Assembly: GCA_038046005.1 (NCBI GenBank)
Contig: JBBSXB010000005.1
Location: forward strand, 1 to 64,000
Reading direction: 5' to 3'
Length of the DNA stretch: 64,000 bases
Source of the DNA: Nanobdellota archaeon
Lineage (GTDB): Archaea > Nanobdellota > Nanobdellia > Pacearchaeales > GW2011-AR1
In this document: in pieces, positions 50,380-59,459 of the stretch
Position numbering within the stretch: position 1 is the stretch's first letter
Layout of the letters: each line of letters begins with the position of its first letter
Notes under the pieces: generated by a model
Databases searched by the model: none
Told to the model about the DNA's origin: nothing
Seen by the model: only the letters and a program-made list of their open reading frames with translations
Position numbers and translations under genes: made by a program

Positions 50380-50607
50380 ATGAAGAAAATACTACTCTCC
50401 ATTGAAAACGCATTGGCATTCCTTTTATCAGGTCTACTTTTACAAGTTAATATTTATTTGGGAATATTGTTTTTAATCGCTGGTTTTTTAGGAACATATT
50501 ATTTAACTAAAAGTACTCCAGAAATAATATCTGGACCAGAAGGATCTTCTCCTCCAGACCCTAAAAGAGTTCCAGAAGGAAGCATCTTTGTACAGTATAA
50601 GAAATAG
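50380..50607 (+). CDS. Small two-TM hypothetical protein
   Basis: Hydrophobic N-terminal half; directly follows the channel gene. Confidence 0.55.
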   Translation: MKKILLSIENALAFLLSGLLLQVNIYLGILFLIAGFLGTYYLTKSTPEIISGPEGSSPPDPKRVPEGSIFVQYKK

Positions 50608-50632
50608 GTTACACAATCGTGATGCATAATCC

Positions 50633-50658
50633 TTAAAAAGTCCAGAGATCGCACACAA
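50633..50658. repeat. P site copy 2 (right half only)
   Basis: TTAAAAAGTCCAGAGATCGCACACAA, identical to the right half of copy 4. Confidence 0.75.
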
Positions 50659-50668
50659 CCACAACAAA

Positions 50669-51610
50669 TTATTTTTCTTTCAAATCTTTTTCTAATTGGC
50701 GGTATTCTTTTATGTAGAGATCAATTGTTGGCTTGATATTATGGTTTTTTTCATATTCCTGCAGAGATTGATAATACTCTACATTATTTTTGAGATTTAT
50801 ATTTAATGGCGGAAGATTATGTTTGATTAAAATGTTATTTAAGAGTATCCTTCCAACCCTTCCATTTCCATCAGCAAATGGGTGGATGTTTTCAAATTGA
50901 TTATGCACCACAGCGGCCAATATGAATGCGGGATATTTTGTTTTATTTTTTTCATACCATCTTATTAACTCGCTTAACAGATAGTTTATTCTTGCTTGTG
51001 GAGCTCCTTCATGGACTACTCTTCCAGATTGATCCGTAACAACAACTTCTTCGCCCTTTTTTCTAAGCTGTCCAGCAAAGTGTTTTGAATTCTTGAAGAC
51101 AATTTTATGAATATCTTTTATTAATTCTATTGAGATATGCTCTTTGGTCTTTCTGATAAATCTAATAGCTTCGTCAACTCCATATGCTTCTGCAATATCT
51201 TCTTTAGATTTGTCTGGCCATTTGTCATGTTCCAAAATGTTAGACACCTCATTTTGGTTTAATTTACTTCCTTCAATAGCGTTTGTATTATATGAGAACA
51301 ACTTAGAAAACTTTTTCCAATCTCCTTCTGATAAGTGAGAAATTTTTAAGGGTATATCAGACTCAATTCTCTTGATTGAGTTTATTTCTTCCTTGGACAG
51401 TTCAATCTTTAATGGGTCTTGGATTATTTTGTATTTGTGTATCTCCTCCAGAATAAGTTTTTCAGCAATTGAAACTCTTTCTTTTAATTTTCCTTCGCTT
51501 AAGTCAGTTCCGAGATATTTCCTGAATTTATGGACTCTTGGGCCCTCGCGATAAGAATGAGCAAGATAGTACTTTATCTTACTCCCTGCTTTTCTTTTTT
51601 CAATGTTCAT
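50669..51610 (-). CDS. Fic family protein
   Basis: HPFADGNGRVGR; inhibitory motif TNAIEG; start placed at MNIEK. Confidence 0.92.
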   Translation of the reverse strand: MNIEKRKAGSKIKYYLAHSYREGPRVHKFRKYLGTDLSEGKLKERVSIAEKLILEEIHKYKIIQDPLKIELSKEEINSIKRIESDIPLKISHLSEGDWKKFSKLFSYNTNAIEGSKLNQNEVSNILEHDKWPDKSKEDIAEAYGVDEAIRFIRKTKEHISIELIKDIHKIVFKNSKHFAGQLRKKGEEVVVTDQSGRVVHEGAPQARINYLLSELIRWYEKNKTKYPAFILAAVVHNQFENIHPFADGNGRVGRILLNNILIKHNLPPLNINLKNNVEYYQSLQEYEKNHNIKPTIDLYIKEYRQLEKDLKEK

Positions 51611-51705
51611 AAATGTACATAGGTGACTACAATATTTAAACATTTCTATTTAGGTGTCTACAAATAACAAAAAATGTAGTCACCCACTGTTATCCATATA
51701 GCCTC

Positions 51706-51834
51706 ATCTCGACAATATTTAAAAAGTCCGGAGATCGCAACACAATCGTATCGAATAGTTTAGGCCGATAATAATCAAAAGAAAAAGACCATCCACCGAA
51801 TCAACCAAGAGGGTGAGGTCTACGGTGCGGGCGT
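51706..51834. repeat. Right end of unit 2 (P site copy 3 + arm + att core)
   Basis: Highly similar to 54881-55009. Confidence 0.88.
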
Positions 51835-51967
51835 AGACTCCTTTTGGAATAATTAAGTGATGTACTTTTTCTAGATTCGAGTGAGCCGATATATTTAAAA
51901 ATGTAAGATATGATAAATGCTAAAGAGTGTGTTTAGGCGCTCGGATCAAATTCTGAGATAATTTGAA

Positions 51968-52531
51968 ATGGTAGAAGAACAACAAATTTTGACGGAAGAT
52001 AGAACTAATACCTCATCTATTGAAGTCCTAGTAGGATACAATGGTCTTTATAATTTTCAAACATGTGGAGATGACCCAAGAACTCTTAGTGAAGTGCTTT
52101 CTACAACTGGGTGGGGTAAAAGCGACTTTTATCAAGCAGGACAGATGGTTGCTGACAGAATGTATAAACTTAATGTTGTAAATCCTGTTATTAATAATGG
52201 TCAGACTTATGAAATAGTATATGACATTCCAGAAGCGGAAGCTGATGCTTTAATCAGAATGCGTGCAGATGACCCTTTCTTTAGTGGAGAGAGACCAGCA
52301 CATCACTTCGAAAAAGTAAATTGTAGAGCACTATTACCTGAGCAATTAGAAGTGTTTAGAAATGGACTTGAATATCAACTTCAGGTTTTGCAAGGTAAGG
52401 TTTCAGAAGCACCTAAAAAAGAAAATCAGAGAGATTCCCTCACCCTCTATCTTAAAACTGCGAACTATGGGAGACAAGAGATAGCCAGGATAAGAAAAAG
52501 TTTTGGAAGGGCAGACAATTCCTGTCCATAA
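51968..52531 (+). CDS. Hypothetical protein
   Basis: 187-aa ORF; no motif recognised. Confidence 0.6.
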   Translation: MVEEQQILTEDRTNTSSIEVLVGYNGLYNFQTCGDDPRTLSEVLSTTGWGKSDFYQAGQMVADRMYKLNVVNPVINNGQTYEIVYDIPEAEADALIRMRADDPFFSGERPAHHFEKVNCRALLPEQLEVFRNGLEYQLQVLQGKVSEAPKKENQRDSLTLYLKTANYGRQEIARIRKSFGRADNSCP

Positions 52532-52620
52532 CCAAGAAATAATTCTAACTAATTTATTGTATTTTATCTTATATACAGATAGATTTATATCCATGTTCTA
52601 CTTAAAGTAATTAAGCTAAA

Positions 52621-52776
52621 ATGGAAGAAATGCCTGTTATCTGTATCAAGTGTGATAAGATGTTTAATTTTCTGGAAGAACTGAGAGGTAATGCTGACAT
52701 GAATAAAGCCGTTGGAGATATCCTATTTGAAAAATATGGCTCAACAGATATAATCTGTAAAGAGTGTAGAAATTAA
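52621..52776 (+). CDS. Small Zn-binding protein (51 aa, not in ORF track)
   Basis: MEEMPVICIKC...ICKECRN with two CxxC; TATA-like box upstream. Confidence 0.6.
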   Translation: MEEMPVICIKCDKMFNFLEELRGNADMNKAVGDILFEKYGSTDIICKECRN

Positions 52777-52777
52777 T

Positions 52778-53560
52778 TTATTTTTTAGTCATAACATATA
52801 TTTTCTTTACAATATTAAACTGAATATCCTCTCCTGAATCTTTATATTTCATTTCTTTCTTTAACTTCTCTGGAAAGACTTTTCTAATGAAATCATTGAG
52901 CTTATTTAATCTTTTAATATCTCCCTTCAATTCTTGATGCAGTCTCTTATTAGAAGAAAATCTATATGTTATCTTGCGATATTCCTTTATATGAGAAAAA
53001 CCGCCTTTTTTCATGGCATCAATAAATTCATCTTCCCTAAAGAAATATCTTTCTCTTGTTAATATATTGAAGCCAGCTAATTCATCTTTCTTTCTTAACA
53101 CATCTTGAAACAATTTCTGATTCTTTTTAGATAACATTATATCCCAAACAATAAACTTCCCATTTTTCTTTAAAACTCTATTTACTTCTTTCGCTACTTC
53201 ATATTGAATCTTTTTAGAAACTTCATGAATTCCCATCTTTATAACAATCTTATCAAAAAATTCTTGGGTAAACCCCGTTTTCGGAAATTTTGTCGATATA
53301 AATCTATTTTTTGGAATCTCTGTAATATTTTTTATGGCTCTTTTTAATTGAACCTCACTTTCGTCTTCAAAATATAAATTTGCTTTCTTCTCTTTTGCAA
53401 GAATCGTTTTTCCAACAGCACCATATCCACAAAAAGCGTCTAGAATATTTTCGTTAGGTTTAGGGTTTACGGCTTTAACAAGAGCTTTAAAATCACTTGG
53501 ATTTATACTATGAATATATTCATAGGAAACAATTCTAACATCAAAACCTTCTTTTTTCAT
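52778..53560 (-). CDS. Class I SAM-dependent methyltransferase
   Basis: ILDAFCGYG, FDKI, RVLKKNG. Confidence 0.82.
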   Translation of the reverse strand: MKKEGFDVRIVSYEYIHSINPSDFKALVKAVNPKPNENILDAFCGYGAVGKTILAKEKKANLYFEDESEVQLKRAIKNITEIPKNRFISTKFPKTGFTQEFFDKIVIKMGIHEVSKKIQYEVAKEVNRVLKKNGKFIVWDIMLSKKNQKLFQDVLRKKDELAGFNILTRERYFFREDEFIDAMKKGGFSHIKEYRKITYRFSSNKRLHQELKGDIKRLNKLNDFIRKVFPEKLKKEMKYKDSGEDIQFNIVKKIYVMTKK

Positions 53561-53641
53561 GAATATTTATTATTTTATAGATTTATATATTATTTTATTT
53601 CGTAAAAACAAAAAATAACTCTCTCTTAATCCATGCATTCC

Positions 53642-53672
53642 ATCTCGACAAGATTTAAAAAGTCCAGAGATC
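53642..53672. repeat. P site copy 4
   Basis: ATCTCGACAAGATTTAAAAAGTCCAGAGATC followed by GCACACAATCGTA. Confidence 0.82.
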
Positions 53673-53701
53673 GCACACAATCGTAAGTAAATCAATTAAG
53701 G

Positions 53702-54658
53702 TTAGTATTTCTGTAAAACCTTTAAGATATAATCATAAGATTTATCTGCCTGCTCCAGCATGAATTGATAATAACCTTTTGATCTTCTATTAATTGCCTG
53801 CTCAAGAGTATTAAAGTAAGCTAGTTTATTTTCCTTATACACCACCATAGGGTAATACCCTGCGCTCATTAAAATTTTGTTCATAATTAATCTGCCTGTT
53901 CTTCCATTGCCATCTCTGAATGGATGTATATTTTCATACATTTTATGAAATTCAAATGCTAAAACTAGGGGGTGAATTTTGTTTTTGTTAGTTCTATGCC
54001 AATTTAGTAAATCATTTAGTTCTTCTTCCACTTTTTCAGGGGGTGTTGTCTGCGAGTTTCCAACAATAACCTCTTCTTTTTTAAAACCCTTAGGATAGGG
54101 AATGTTTCCGATCATCAACAAATCTTTAGTAAGTATATGATATAGCCTTTTTATTGATATTAAATTAAATTTAAATGATTTTTGTAGATATTCAAATGCT
54201 AAAATTGAATTTTTTACTTCTTTTACTTCATTCCTGTCTTTATATTTTGTGTCTCCAGTATCGATAATTTCCCTCACTCTTTCAGGAGGTATTTTTGATC
54301 CTTCGATGTTATTAGAATTAAAAATAAACTCTTCAGCAAATTCTGTATCTACGTTTTTCTCGCATTTTTTTCCCTCTAGGAGATTGCTGATTTTTATAGA
54401 TTTTAATTCTATTTTTTCAGGGAGATTTTCATTATAAGACAACTCTTTCTTAATCTGATGTAGAAATTTGGATTTGAACTTTAGCTCTTCTTCAGATAAG
54501 GTCTCTAAATTATCCAGTATGTATTTTTCTTTGCTAAATGTCAAAGAATCTGTGCCTATGTATTTCTTAAGAACTAACAATTGATTCATAAATGAGATTT
54601 TTTTGACAAAATAAATGCTAGTTTTTCCATTGATATTCTTCTTTTCTATATAACTCAT
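53702..54658 (-). CDS. Fic family protein
   Basis: HPFRDGNGRTGR; inhibitory motif SNNIEG. Confidence 0.92.
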   Translation of the reverse strand: MSYIEKKNINGKTSIYFVKKISFMNQLLVLKKYIGTDSLTFSKEKYILDNLETLSEEELKFKSKFLHQIKKELSYNENLPEKIELKSIKISNLLEGKKCEKNVDTEFAEEFIFNSNNIEGSKIPPERVREIIDTGDTKYKDRNEVKEVKNSILAFEYLQKSFKFNLISIKRLYHILTKDLLMIGNIPYPKGFKKEEVIVGNSQTTPPEKVEEELNDLLNWHRTNKNKIHPLVLAFEFHKMYENIHPFRDGNGRTGRLIMNKILMSAGYYPMVVYKENKLAYFNTLEQAINRRSKGYYQFMLEQADKSYDYILKVLQKY

Positions 54659-54880
54659 AACTTATGCACTCCTTTATCCTTTATAAACCTTACCATTTGG
54701 GCAGTATAAAAATATTATATTTCCCCTATATAATTAAAAATAGTACTATTTTGGCAGTAAAAAAGTTAAATTTATGCACCATTTTGGCAGTATAATTTTG
54801 CTATCTTCCCCTATGGTTTTATAAATGTTTATATGAGTTTTTTTAGAACCATAGATGCTTTTATATAAAATTATTCCTTC

Positions 54881-55009
54881 CTCTCGACAATATTTAAAAA
54901 TCCCAGAGATCGTACACAACTATATCGGACGGTTTTAGGCCGATAATAATCAAAAGAAAAAGACCATCCACCGAATCAACCAAGATGGTAAGGTCTACGG
55001 TGCGGGCGT
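54881..55009. repeat. Right end of unit 3 (P site copy 5 + arm + att core)
   Basis: Highly similar to 51706-51834. Confidence 0.88.
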
Positions 55010-55101
55010 TCACGTATTTTGTGAGCCTGATGTGATGGACTTTTTCTTAACGGATGATTTTCATCCGATCCCTATATAAAAAACAAGGGCTTAGAAAAAA
55101 T

Positions 55102-56268
55102 ATGAAAATAGATCCATACAAACACAAAGAAAGATACCTTAAATGGAGGGAATCTGTAAAAGAGGGCATTTCAAGGATAAATTCTTACAATTCTGATTTA
55201 ATTTTAAAATACCTTGATGATATGGAAAACGGGATGAATGTTGCTAAAGGAAATGTTAAGGGTTCTAGGAGCTATATTCGACTTAATACGCTAAGAGAGA
55301 AAATGAGGTTTTTCTCTTTAAGATTCAAGGAAAGGTATAATCTTGATAAAATAACTGATGTTTCTGAAGAACAGTTATGCGTCTTTTTTTCTGAAATGAA
55401 AAGAGGGGTTATTAAAAGAAAAGACGGGAAGTCATATATTGCTATAGCGTATTCTGTCAAGTGCTTCAAGGCTTTTTGGCATTGGTATCAGAAAATAAGC
55501 AAAAAGAGTGGAAAGGAAATTTTAGATATTACTTCAGATCTTGATACGAGAGAGGACAAGCCTAAATGGGTTTATTTGACTGAAGAGCAGGTTAAGAAAT
55601 TATGTGAAAATGCAAAGTTCAATTATCGGGTTTTAATCACTTTTCTTTTTGATACTGGAATCAGGGCTCCAACAGAGCTGATGAACATAAAAGTTTCTGA
55701 TCTTTACAATGACTGCAAAGAGCTAAACATTAGAGAGGAAATCAGCAAAACATTTGGCAGAAGAATAAAACTTATGCTTTGTTCAAATTTCCTTAAAAGT
55801 TATATTGAACAAAACGAATTAAAAAAAGAAGATTATCTTTTTCAGATAAAGCCTTATGTTGTTAATCAATATCTTAAGAGATTATCAAAAAATCTCTTTG
55901 GAGATAAGGAAAGCCCAGCAGGGCAGAGATATTCTCAATTAACAATGTATGACTTCAGGCATATCTCTTGTTGCTATTGGCTTCCAAGATACAAATCAGA
56001 GTCTGCGTTAAAATTTAGATTTGGCTGGAAAAAATCTGATAAAATTCATTATTATTCCGAAATGCTTGGAATGAGGGATACAATTTCTGATGAAGATCTT
56101 TTAGTGGACATAACAAAGACAGAAATTGAAAAGAAGCTGTTAAAATCTGAGAATGAAAAGGAAATACTAAATGAACGAGTTCAGCATCTTGAGAAGCAGA
56201 TGAATGAGATTTTGAGATTAACAAATAAGGTGGAAGAATTCAGAGTTATAAGATTAAGCGATGACTAA
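55102..56268 (+). CDS. Tyrosine recombinase/integrase 2 (paralog of integrase 1)
   Basis: Same MKIDPYKHKERY start; DTGIR, YDFRH, FGW, HYY. Confidence 0.88.
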   Translation: MKIDPYKHKERYLKWRESVKEGISRINSYNSDLILKYLDDMENGMNVAKGNVKGSRSYIRLNTLREKMRFFSLRFKERYNLDKITDVSEEQLCVFFSEMKRGVIKRKDGKSYIAIAYSVKCFKAFWHWYQKISKKSGKEILDITSDLDTREDKPKWVYLTEEQVKKLCENAKFNYRVLITFLFDTGIRAPTELMNIKVSDLYNDCKELNIREEISKTFGRRIKLMLCSNFLKSYIEQNELKKEDYLFQIKPYVVNQYLKRLSKNLFGDKESPAGQRYSQLTMYDFRHISCCYWLPRYKSESALKFRFGWKKSDKIHYYSEMLGMRDTISDEDLLVDITKTEIEKKLLKSENEKEILNERVQHLEKQMNEILRLTNKVEEFRVIRLSDD

Positions 56269-56389
56269 CTACTTCTTTTTCTTTTTAGCTTTTTTCTTAG
56301 CCATGATGTACAAAAGAAATTAATGTTTAAAAGAGTTTTGGATTTTAGTAAACCCAAAAGATTTTATATTAACTTTTCCTTTTAAATAA

Positions 56390-59137
56390 ATGAAATTAAG
56401 TGAAGCAGAAACAAGGAAAAAGTTAATTGATCCAGTTTTAGATAGAGTTGGCTGGAAAATTAATGGGGGTTATGTTAAAGAAGAGATTAACCCCGTTAAA
56501 TCTAAATTTCAACTTAAAGAATATATTGGTCGTGAAGCTGGAATAGAAAGAAATGTGGATCGATTTATAGATTATTTACTCTTAGATGAAGATAGAAGCC
56601 CTCTAGCAATAATTGAATCCAAGAAAACATCAGTTGATGTAGAAAAAGGAGAAATTCAGGCAAGAACTTATAGGGATGATGTTGAAAAACAAATTGGAGT
56701 AAAAATACCCATTTTTCTTACAAATGGAAAAACTTGGTATTATGTTGATAATTTAGACAGAAGAAGACAAATATTACTTCCATTTAATCAAAAAGATCTT
56801 CACAGAATTGTTAGTTTGATGAAAAAAAAGAAAGATCCTGCAAATGTAAAGATTAATACAAAAATAGTGGATAGAAAAAGAGGAATAGAAGCTGTGAAGA
56901 TCGTCTTGGAACATTTTTCAAAAGGATATAGAGAGGCATTAATTAATATGGCGACAGGAACAGGAAAAACAAGAGTTGCCATGGCAATAATTGAAGGATT
57001 AATAAAAGCAGAATATGTGCAGAAAATATTATTTGTTGTTGATAGAATTTCTTTAGGAAATCAAGCTAAAGAAGAAGGGTTCAAAAAATTCTTTCCAGAT
57101 AGCCCAATTTGTGAATTAAACGAAGAAGGATATTCAGATACAGCAAGATTTTATGTTTCAACTGTTCAAACACTTATGTCTTCACAAAAACCTAGAGGTA
57201 AGTTTTACGAAAAATTTGGTTCTGGAGCATTTGATTTAATTATTTTTGATGAAGCCCATAGATCTTATTATGATAGAAATAATGACATATTCAAATATTT
57301 TGATGCCTTGAAAATAGGGTTAACTGCAACTCCTTCTTCAGAAGATTCAAAAGACACTTTTGAATTATTTAATTGTGAAAAGGGGAAACCAACTGTCAAG
57401 TATGATTATTGGGACGCAGTAAATGATAAAGTTCTTGTTCCTTATGTTGCTGATATTATCGAAACCAAAGTTTTATCTCTAGGGATAGAAGGGAAAAAAT
57501 TAAGTAAAGAGTTACAACAGGCATTAAAATTACAAGAAGAAGAACCAGAAAAGTTTCAAACTCCCGGCTCTAAATTTGAAAGGCATTTTACAGATGAGAA
57601 AACTAATGAATTAATAATCAGAGAGTTTGTGGATAGATGTTATAAATCAGATGATAATAGACCTTGCAAAAGTATTTTTTTCTGTGCAAGTGTTAAACAT
57701 GCAGAAGCATTAGAAATATTATTTCAAAAATTATATCCTCTTTTAGCAAAAGATGTTAAGGTTATTACCTCAGATAAATCCCGTTACACAGATGAGGTTA
57801 AGAGATTTATAAAAAGAGACAGTCCAAGAATTGCTTTATCTGTAGGAGTATTAGACACAGGAATAGATGTCCCAGAGATAATGAACTTAGTTTTTGTTAA
57901 GCCAGTCATATCTTCAATTAGATTTTGGCAGATGTTGGGGAGAGGAACTAGAAGTATTTCTGCTTGTGAAAATAAACAATGGCTTCCAACAAATAAGGAT
58001 GGACAACATATAAAAGAAGATTTTCTAATCTTGGACTTTAAATTTGGAGATTGGTCAAATGTTCTTCAACATAAGCTAAATGTTTCAAAGCAAAGATCAT
58101 CAGGAACAGACGCAAAAACAAGAATTTTCTTGGAGCAGGTAGATACTTTAGAAAAAAACCTAAATGAGAAAGAAAAGAAAATTGTAGAAAAACAAATAAG
58201 AGACACAATTAAAGAGATTGACATTGATTCTCCTTTAGTCATGGAGAAAAGAGAAATTATTAAGAAAATTGTCTCTTCTAAGTTTGATTTGAAGGAACAT
58301 GTGAAAGAATTGAGAGAAGAAATTGCCCCTCTTTTGATTTATTCTTCATCAGAAAATGCGAAAGTATACGGATTTATTTCTAGATGTATTAAGTTATTTG
58401 ACCACATTAAAACAAATAACAAAGAAAAAATTGCTAAGATAGAAGATTTTGTTGTTAAAAGAGCTGAAGCTATTTGGGACAAAAACTTAGATACAATAAA
58501 AGAAAAAAGAGATGATCTTATAAAAATCCAGAAAGAACCTTTTTGGGAAGAGATTACATTTGAAGATGTTGATTTTTTAGTTAGAGATATTGCTCCTTTA
58601 ATGATTTTTTATGAAGAGGAAAGAAAAAATATGCTGAAGATTAATGCTCCAGACATGGTTATGAAAGTAGATAAAGAAATTATGGAAATAAAAGAAGATA
58701 AAGACTTTAAGAAATTCATTGAAAATAATATTTTAATGAAAAGGATAAAAGATGGAGAAGGAGTTAATTCTAAAGAGCTTTTAGAGATAGAAAGTAAGCT
58801 TAAACAGCTTAATCCTGCCCTTACGATAGATAATATTCAGCAAAGCAAAGATTTTGTGTTATTTTTAAGGGAGCTAATTGAAGTAAAAGGATTGCCTGAC
58901 CCTCAAGAAATGATTAGGTGGGAATTTGATAAGTTTGTTAAAGACAGAAATGAACATTATAACTCAGAACAACTTAAATTCTTAAGACTTTTAGAGCAAG
59001 TTTTTATAAGGGCTAAACATATAGAATTAAAGAATTTCGCAGAACATCCTCTTGCAGATGCTCGTCCACTTGATATTTTCACAAAAGAACAACTCGAATT
59101 AATTGTTCAAAAATGCAACAAATTGAAATGGAAATAA
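56390..59137 (+). CDS. hsdR: Type I restriction enzyme R subunit
   Basis: IDY...IIESK nuclease motif, MATGTGKT, DEAH, TATP, LDTGIDVP, QMLGRGTR. Confidence 0.92.
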   Translation: MKLSEAETRKKLIDPVLDRVGWKINGGYVKEEINPVKSKFQLKEYIGREAGIERNVDRFIDYLLLDEDRSPLAIIESKKTSVDVEKGEIQARTYRDDVEKQIGVKIPIFLTNGKTWYYVDNLDRRRQILLPFNQKDLHRIVSLMKKKKDPANVKINTKIVDRKRGIEAVKIVLEHFSKGYREALINMATGTGKTRVAMAIIEGLIKAEYVQKILFVVDRISLGNQAKEEGFKKFFPDSPICELNEEGYSDTARFYVSTVQTLMSSQKPRGKFYEKFGSGAFDLIIFDEAHRSYYDRNNDIFKYFDALKIGLTATPSSEDSKDTFELFNCEKGKPTVKYDYWDAVNDKVLVPYVADIIETKVLSLGIEGKKLSKELQQALKLQEEEPEKFQTPGSKFERHFTDEKTNELIIREFVDRCYKSDDNRPCKSIFFCASVKHAEALEILFQKLYPLLAKDVKVITSDKSRYTDEVKRFIKRDSPRIALSVGVLDTGIDVPEIMNLVFVKPVISSIRFWQMLGRGTRSISACENKQWLPTNKDGQHIKEDFLILDFKFGDWSNVLQHKLNVSKQRSSGTDAKTRIFLEQVDTLEKNLNEKEKKIVEKQIRDTIKEIDIDSPLVMEKREIIKKIVSSKFDLKEHVKELREEIAPLLIYSSSENAKVYGFISRCIKLFDHIKTNNKEKIAKIEDFVVKRAEAIWDKNLDTIKEKRDDLIKIQKEPFWEEITFEDVDFLVRDIAPLMIFYEEERKNMLKINAPDMVMKVDKEIMEIKEDKDFKKFIENNILMKRIKDGEGVNSKELLEIESKLKQLNPALTIDNIQQSKDFVLFLRELIEVKGLPDPQEMIRWEFDKFVKDRNEHYNSEQLKFLRLLEQVFIRAKHIELKNFAEHPLADARPLDIFTKEQLELIVQKCNKLKWK

Positions 59138-59451
59138 AAAAATTACTGTCAAAATATTCAAGAGAAGATATAGGCTTTGGAAAAACTGAGAATTATATTC
59201 TGGAGAGGATAAATGCAACTAAAGAAGATGTAGCAACTGATTTGCTTTCTCTCGAAAATTTAGAATTGGTGGAAGAGCAGAAAAGAAATAATGAAATAAG
59301 ATATGTGTTATTTTTCGTTTATTCAAAAAAGAGCGGAAGGGTTTATGTAATAACTTTAAGAGAAAAATTGAGGATAATCACAGCTTATCCGCTTGGCAAG
59401 AAAACACTCTCTAAATACAATAAAAGAAGATTTATAAATTCCAAGAGGTAG
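59128..59451 (+). CDS. Putative toxin (DUF4258/BrnT-like fold)
   Basis: C-terminal LRIITAYP strand; paired with a DUF2283-like gene. Confidence 0.55.
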   Translation: MEIKKLLSKYSREDIGFGKTENYILERINATKEDVATDLLSLENLELVEEQKRNNEIRYVLFFVYSKKSGRVYVITLREKLRIITAYPLGKKTLSKYNKRRFINSKR

Positions 59452-59459
59452 TAAGTATT

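Larger units (their letters stand above)
49587..51834. mobile_element. Integrated unit 2 (no integrase)
   Basis: Bounded by att cores at 49587 and 51823; ends shared with unit 3. Confidence 0.8.
51823..55009. mobile_element. Integrated unit 3 (no integrase)
   Basis: Bounded by att cores at 51823 and 54998; first 51 bp identical to unit 2. Confidence 0.8.

Noticed and set aside
51749-51776. Chromosomal dif-like site (TATCG...CGATA)
   Set aside because: It does not fit an 11-6-11 inverted repeat and is part of the repeated element end.
51718-51834. tRNA-mimic small RNA from the TATA-like centre of P to the att core
   Set aside because: The expected start site lies downstream of the TCGCA that would pair with the core, and no cloverleaf is evident. 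Transcription of some other small RNA is not excluded.
45107-55009. CRISPR array interpretation of the repeats
   Set aside because: The repeats are kilobases apart with genes between them, and no cas genes are visible.
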